Below are positions 15,211 through 18,101 of a DNA stretch of 18,101 nucleotides, piece after piece (positions within the stretch are counted from its first letter, which is position 1; every line of letters begins with the position of its first letter). The DNA comes from Meiothermus sp. (lineage in GTDB: Bacteria; Deinococcota; Deinococci; Deinococcales; Thermaceae): positions 1-18,101 of the forward strand of contig JANRLD010000103.1 in NCBI GenBank assembly GCA_033762915.1. Reading direction: 5' to 3'. The position numbers and the translations under genes are program-made. Under the pieces are notes generated by a model. That model searched no databases. It was not told the origin of the DNA and saw only the letters and a list, made by a program, of their open reading frames with translations.

Positions 15211-17082
15211 CTACACCCCGCAACCGCAGGTGTTCACCTCTCGAGTGATCATCAGGTCGTGGTTTTCGACGGTGATGTGGGTGGTACAGGGCATGCAAGG
15301 GTCGAAGCTGCGGATGGCCCTTAGGATGTCGATGCCGGTGTAGTTGTCGGGCTTGTCGAACTCCTCGAGGATGGGCGTCTTCATCACCGACTCCTCGTAG
15401 GGGCTGGGGTGGCCCCAGGGGTCTCGGGGGGCGGCGTTGACGGTGGAGGGGGTGCAGATCTGGTAGTTGGTGATGGCCCCGTTGTCGGCCACGATGTGGT
15501 GGGTCAGGAAGCCGCGCCCCGCACCCCAAAAGCCCGCCCCGATGTGCGTACCTTTGCGGGGAATCTCAAAGGGCGTGGCTACGTCGGTGTCGCCCTTCTT
15601 GAGGCACTCCATGGCCATCATCCAGTTGTCCATCGCGGCCATCGCACTGAACGGGATGCAGTAAGCGCGGGCCAGGTTGCGCTCGAAAGCATTCCAAACC
15701 TGGGGAATGTGCCACTCGAGCACCTGCTCTGGACGCTTGCCCTCGGGCACCAGAATCTTGAGGCTCTGGCCGGTGGGGTCGATAAAGCGGCGGTAGGGGA
15801 GCTTGTTGGCGGCGGCTGCGTTCCACACGCGGGCGTAGGCGCCCGCCTCGCAGGACTGCCGGTCCCAGCGGGGGGTGGTGCTCCAGGAGTAGCGGTCTTT
15901 CCAGTTTTGTGGGCCGGGGCGGGGCTTGGTGTCGCGGTTCCAGGGGTGGTTGGGGGAGAGCGGCGCACCGAGGGGGTCGCGGGGGAAACGATTGCCGGCG
16001 GCGTCGTGATAGTAGGAGCGCTCGATGAACTCCTCGAGGCCGATGTTGATGTTCTGCAGGCTGGTGGTGACCTGTTTACCGCCGATGATGACCCCGGGCA
16101 CCGACCAGCGGCGATCACCCCAGGTCTCGATGTTTTTGTAGCTGGCGTCGTAGGTATCGGGGTCGTCCCACACGCCGGTGTCGATCAGGTTTGCTTCGCG
16201 GGTACCGCACTGCTTGTACTTGGGGTCGGACTCGTAGAAGAACTGGGTGATGTCCTCCCAGATCGCCACCACTTTCTTGGAGTAGTCGAAGAACTGCTGG
16301 AGGCGCTGGTAGACCTCGTTCATCATCTGCAAGCTGACAGTGGCGCTGATCCCGCCCGGGACTACCGTCTCGGGGTGGGGGTACTTGCCGCCAATCACGA
16401 CATAGGCCTCGCGGGCCACTCGAGTCATGTGCAGGGCCTCGAGATACAGACTGCCGGTGAGCGGGTTCATGTCGGTGAGCAATTCGGCCATGGTTCCATA
16501 GCCGTGGTGCTCAGCACGGGGGGCCAGATACTTGCGGGCCTTGTCCCAAAGGCCGGGGTTGGTGGCGCGGATCAGCGACTCGGAGTAGTCCGGGCCCGCC
16601 AGCAGAAACAGGTGCAGGGGGTGGTCGTAGAGGTACTCCAGCCCCAGCAGCAGGTTGCGCAGCAGGATGCCCAGTTTGGGCGGGCGGATGTCGAAGGCCA
16701 TCTCGAGGGCTTCTGCGCTCACGGTGGCGTGTACACCGCCGCACACTCCGCAGGCACGGGAGGAGATGAAAATCGCGTCCCTGGGGTCGCGTCCCTTCAA
16801 AATCACTTCATAGCCGCGAAAAATCGTCGCCATGCTGTTGGCGGACAGCACCGTGCGGTTCTCCAGGTCCACCACGCTGTGGAAGGCCAGCGCACCGGCC
16901 ACGCGGGTCACGGGGTCGTAGTCGACCGACTTGATAAAGCCGTTGCGGGCCAACAGCTCTTTGAGCTTGTCCTCGTTGGCCCCGAGGTCGGTCACCTGGT
17001 AGCCGTAGGGGTCGCGCACGTCGTCTTTAAGCCTGGCCTTGCCCGACGCGTCGAACTCGATGGGAAGATATTGAAAGCACAT
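15211..17082 (-). CDS. hylL: [NiFe]-hydrogenase large subunit, most like group 1l (Hyl)
   Basis: RGYE, L1 SRACGVCGGVH, L2 SFDPCMPCTTH plus 21-aa extension, GGKYPHP, DPVTRVAGAL. Hydrogenase call is firm; subgroup and symbol are inferred from recalled motifs and the adjacent small TM genes. Confidence 0.9.
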   Translation of the reverse strand: MCFQYLPIEFDASGKARLKDDVRDPYGYQVTDLGANEDKLKELLARNGFIKSVDYDPVTRVAGALAFHSVVDLENRTVLSANSMATIFRGYEVILKGRDPRDAIFISSRACGVCGGVHATVSAEALEMAFDIRPPKLGILLRNLLLGLEYLYDHPLHLFLLAGPDYSESLIRATNPGLWDKARKYLAPRAEHHGYGTMAELLTDMNPLTGSLYLEALHMTRVAREAYVVIGGKYPHPETVVPGGISATVSLQMMNEVYQRLQQFFDYSKKVVAIWEDITQFFYESDPKYKQCGTREANLIDTGVWDDPDTYDASYKNIETWGDRRWSVPGVIIGGKQVTTSLQNINIGLEEFIERSYYHDAAGNRFPRDPLGAPLSPNHPWNRDTKPRPGPQNWKDRYSWSTTPRWDRQSCEAGAYARVWNAAAANKLPYRRFIDPTGQSLKILVPEGKRPEQVLEWHIPQVWNAFERNLARAYCIPFSAMAAMDNWMMAMECLKKGDTDVATPFEIPRKGTHIGAGFWGAGRGFLTHHIVADNGAITNYQICTPSTVNAAPRDPWGHPSPYEESVMKTPILEEFDKPDNYTGIDILRAIRSFDPCMPCTTHITVENHDLMITREVNTCGCGV

Positions 17083-17104
17083 TCCGGTAAACCCCCTGTG
17101 TTTG

Positions 17105-17386
17105 CTACTTGCGCGCCAACAAACCGCCGACCACCTCGAGAATCTTCCCCAGGCCAGCGTCCACCCGCACCAGCGATCCAGCCAGGCCCTGCAGCTCGCC
17201 CAGGATTGAGGCCAGCTTGGGCTCTAAAGGCTTGGCCTGCTCTGCGACCCTTTCCAGGTCGTCGGCCACGCCCTCGAGATGTATCCGGGCCCGACGCAGC
17301 GCGATTCCGGTCCCGATGACCGCCACAGCCAGCACCAACACCACCGCCGCAACCCACACAATCGTCAACAGGGCGTGGAGGCTCAT
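17105..17386 (-). CDS. Small single-TM + helical/coiled-coil protein (HylTM-like)
   Basis: N-terminal hydrophobic helix then heptad-like amphipathic region; ATGA coupling, GGGGG/GGGTG RBS-like stretch. Confidence 0.85.
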   Translation of the reverse strand: MSLHALLTIVWVAAVVLVLAVAVIGTGIALRRARIHLEGVADDLERVAEQAKPLEPKLASILGELQGLAGSLVRVDAGLGKILEVVGGLLARK

Positions 17387-17673
17387 GACGCACCCCCCGA
17401 GCGGCGGGCCAGCAGGGCGGTTAGGGCCTCGGCCCCCGCCGCCACATCCTTGCCCAGCGCATTAGCGCCTTGCAGCCCGGCCTCGGTGGTGCCCAGTGCG
17501 GGGATGTTGTCCAGGTGCTGCACGATTTTCTGGGTCGACTGCCGGGTGACCCTGGCATAATGCTCGATCTTCCAGGCCGCCCGCCAGATGCGCAGCAGCA
17601 GCCACAGCAGCAACGGAACCGCCAGGTAGGCGATCACCAGACCGACCCCCCAAACCAGATAAGCGCCTTCCAT
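17383..17673 (-). CDS. Small single-TM + helical protein (HylTM-like)
   Basis: YLVWGVGLVIAYLAVPLLLWLLLRIW TM segment; GGAGG RBS; TGATG coupling. Confidence 0.85.
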   Translation of the reverse strand: MEGAYLVWGVGLVIAYLAVPLLLWLLLRIWRAAWKIEHYARVTRQSTQKIVQHLDNIPALGTTEAGLQGANALGKDVAAGAEALTALLARRSGGAS

Positions 17674-17996
17674 CAGGCACCTCCCTGTTTTTCCACGGCT
17701 TTAATGGTTCCACCGACCGAGGCCTTGAGGGCCTCGAGTCCTCCCGCGAGCTTGCCCAGGCCCTCGTTGAGCTTGGTGGCCTCGGGGCCTAGCGCGGAGA
17801 CTTCTTTCTCAATCGCACTCACCCCTAACGCTATGCGGGCCAGATAGCTGGGATAGGCGCTGCGCCGCCCGATGGAGGAGGGCTCGCGGGAGCCGATGGC
17901 CTCGAGGGTCTGGGCGATGCGGGTAAGGAAGTAGACCAGCACCGCCGCAAACAGCGCAAACAGCAAAAGCGTAAGCAGCGCGAGGATGGTATTCAT
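17673..17996 (-). CDS. Small single-TM + helical protein (HylTM-like)
   Basis: MNTILALLTLLLFALFAAVLVYFLTRI TM segment, then LARIALGVSAIEKEVSAL...LNEGL; ATG 17996 overlaps the upstream TGA. Confidence 0.85.
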   Translation of the reverse strand: MNTILALLTLLLFALFAAVLVYFLTRIAQTLEAIGSREPSSIGRRSAYPSYLARIALGVSAIEKEVSALGPEATKLNEGLGKLAGGLEALKASVGGTIKAVEKQGGA

Positions 17997-18101
17997 ATCT
18001 TTCCCCCCACCACGCACTTCGGACAGCCGGGGCAGGTCTCGGCGTGTTTGCGGACGCGCTCGAGGTCGGCGTGCAGCCCGGGTACGCCCGCAAGAATCTT
18101 G
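17993..18101 (-). CDS. 3' end of a further coupled cluster protein with an HxxxCxxCxxC tail (partial)
   Basis: Manual translation ...KILAGVPGLHADLERVRKHAETCPGCPKCVVGGKI*; TGA overlaps the next ATG; absent from ORF track. Confidence 0.75.
   Translation of the reverse strand, partial: KILAGVPGLHADLERVRKHAETCPGCPKCVVGGKI

Noticed and set aside
15409..17319. 636-aa plus-strand ORF
   Set aside because: Antisense shadow of the hydrogenase large subunit, typical of high-GC codon bias.

Overview
GC-rich window, mostly minus-strand genes, with very frequent CTCGAG sites and apparently leaderless promoters; this suggests a Deinococcota (Meiothermus-like) origin (inference). The right third is the 3' part of a [NiFe]-hydrogenase cluster most resembling group 1l (Hyl): at least four small ORFs (three clearly single-TM/helical), the large subunit, two maturation proteases (one degenerate), a winged-helix-like protein with a Cys/His tail, and a NifU-Rieske fusion. 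A decayed antitoxin/PIN-toxin module, itself interrupted by a TA-duplicating MITE, sits between the large subunit and the maturation genes. Downstream, an XRE regulator with a CxCxxCxC tail precedes an SsuABC/TauABC-like transporter plus DsrE, then an ATPase-less Dpp/Nik-type transporter plus an FmdE/zinc-finger protein. A recurring ATTAGC-N2-GCTAAT-like palindrome lies at both transporter promoters and after fmdE. The left end holds a SAM methyltransferase, a BON protein, a hypothetical protein and a truncated thioredoxin-CcdA fusion that is missing from the ORF track. All calls come from manual reading; no searches were run.
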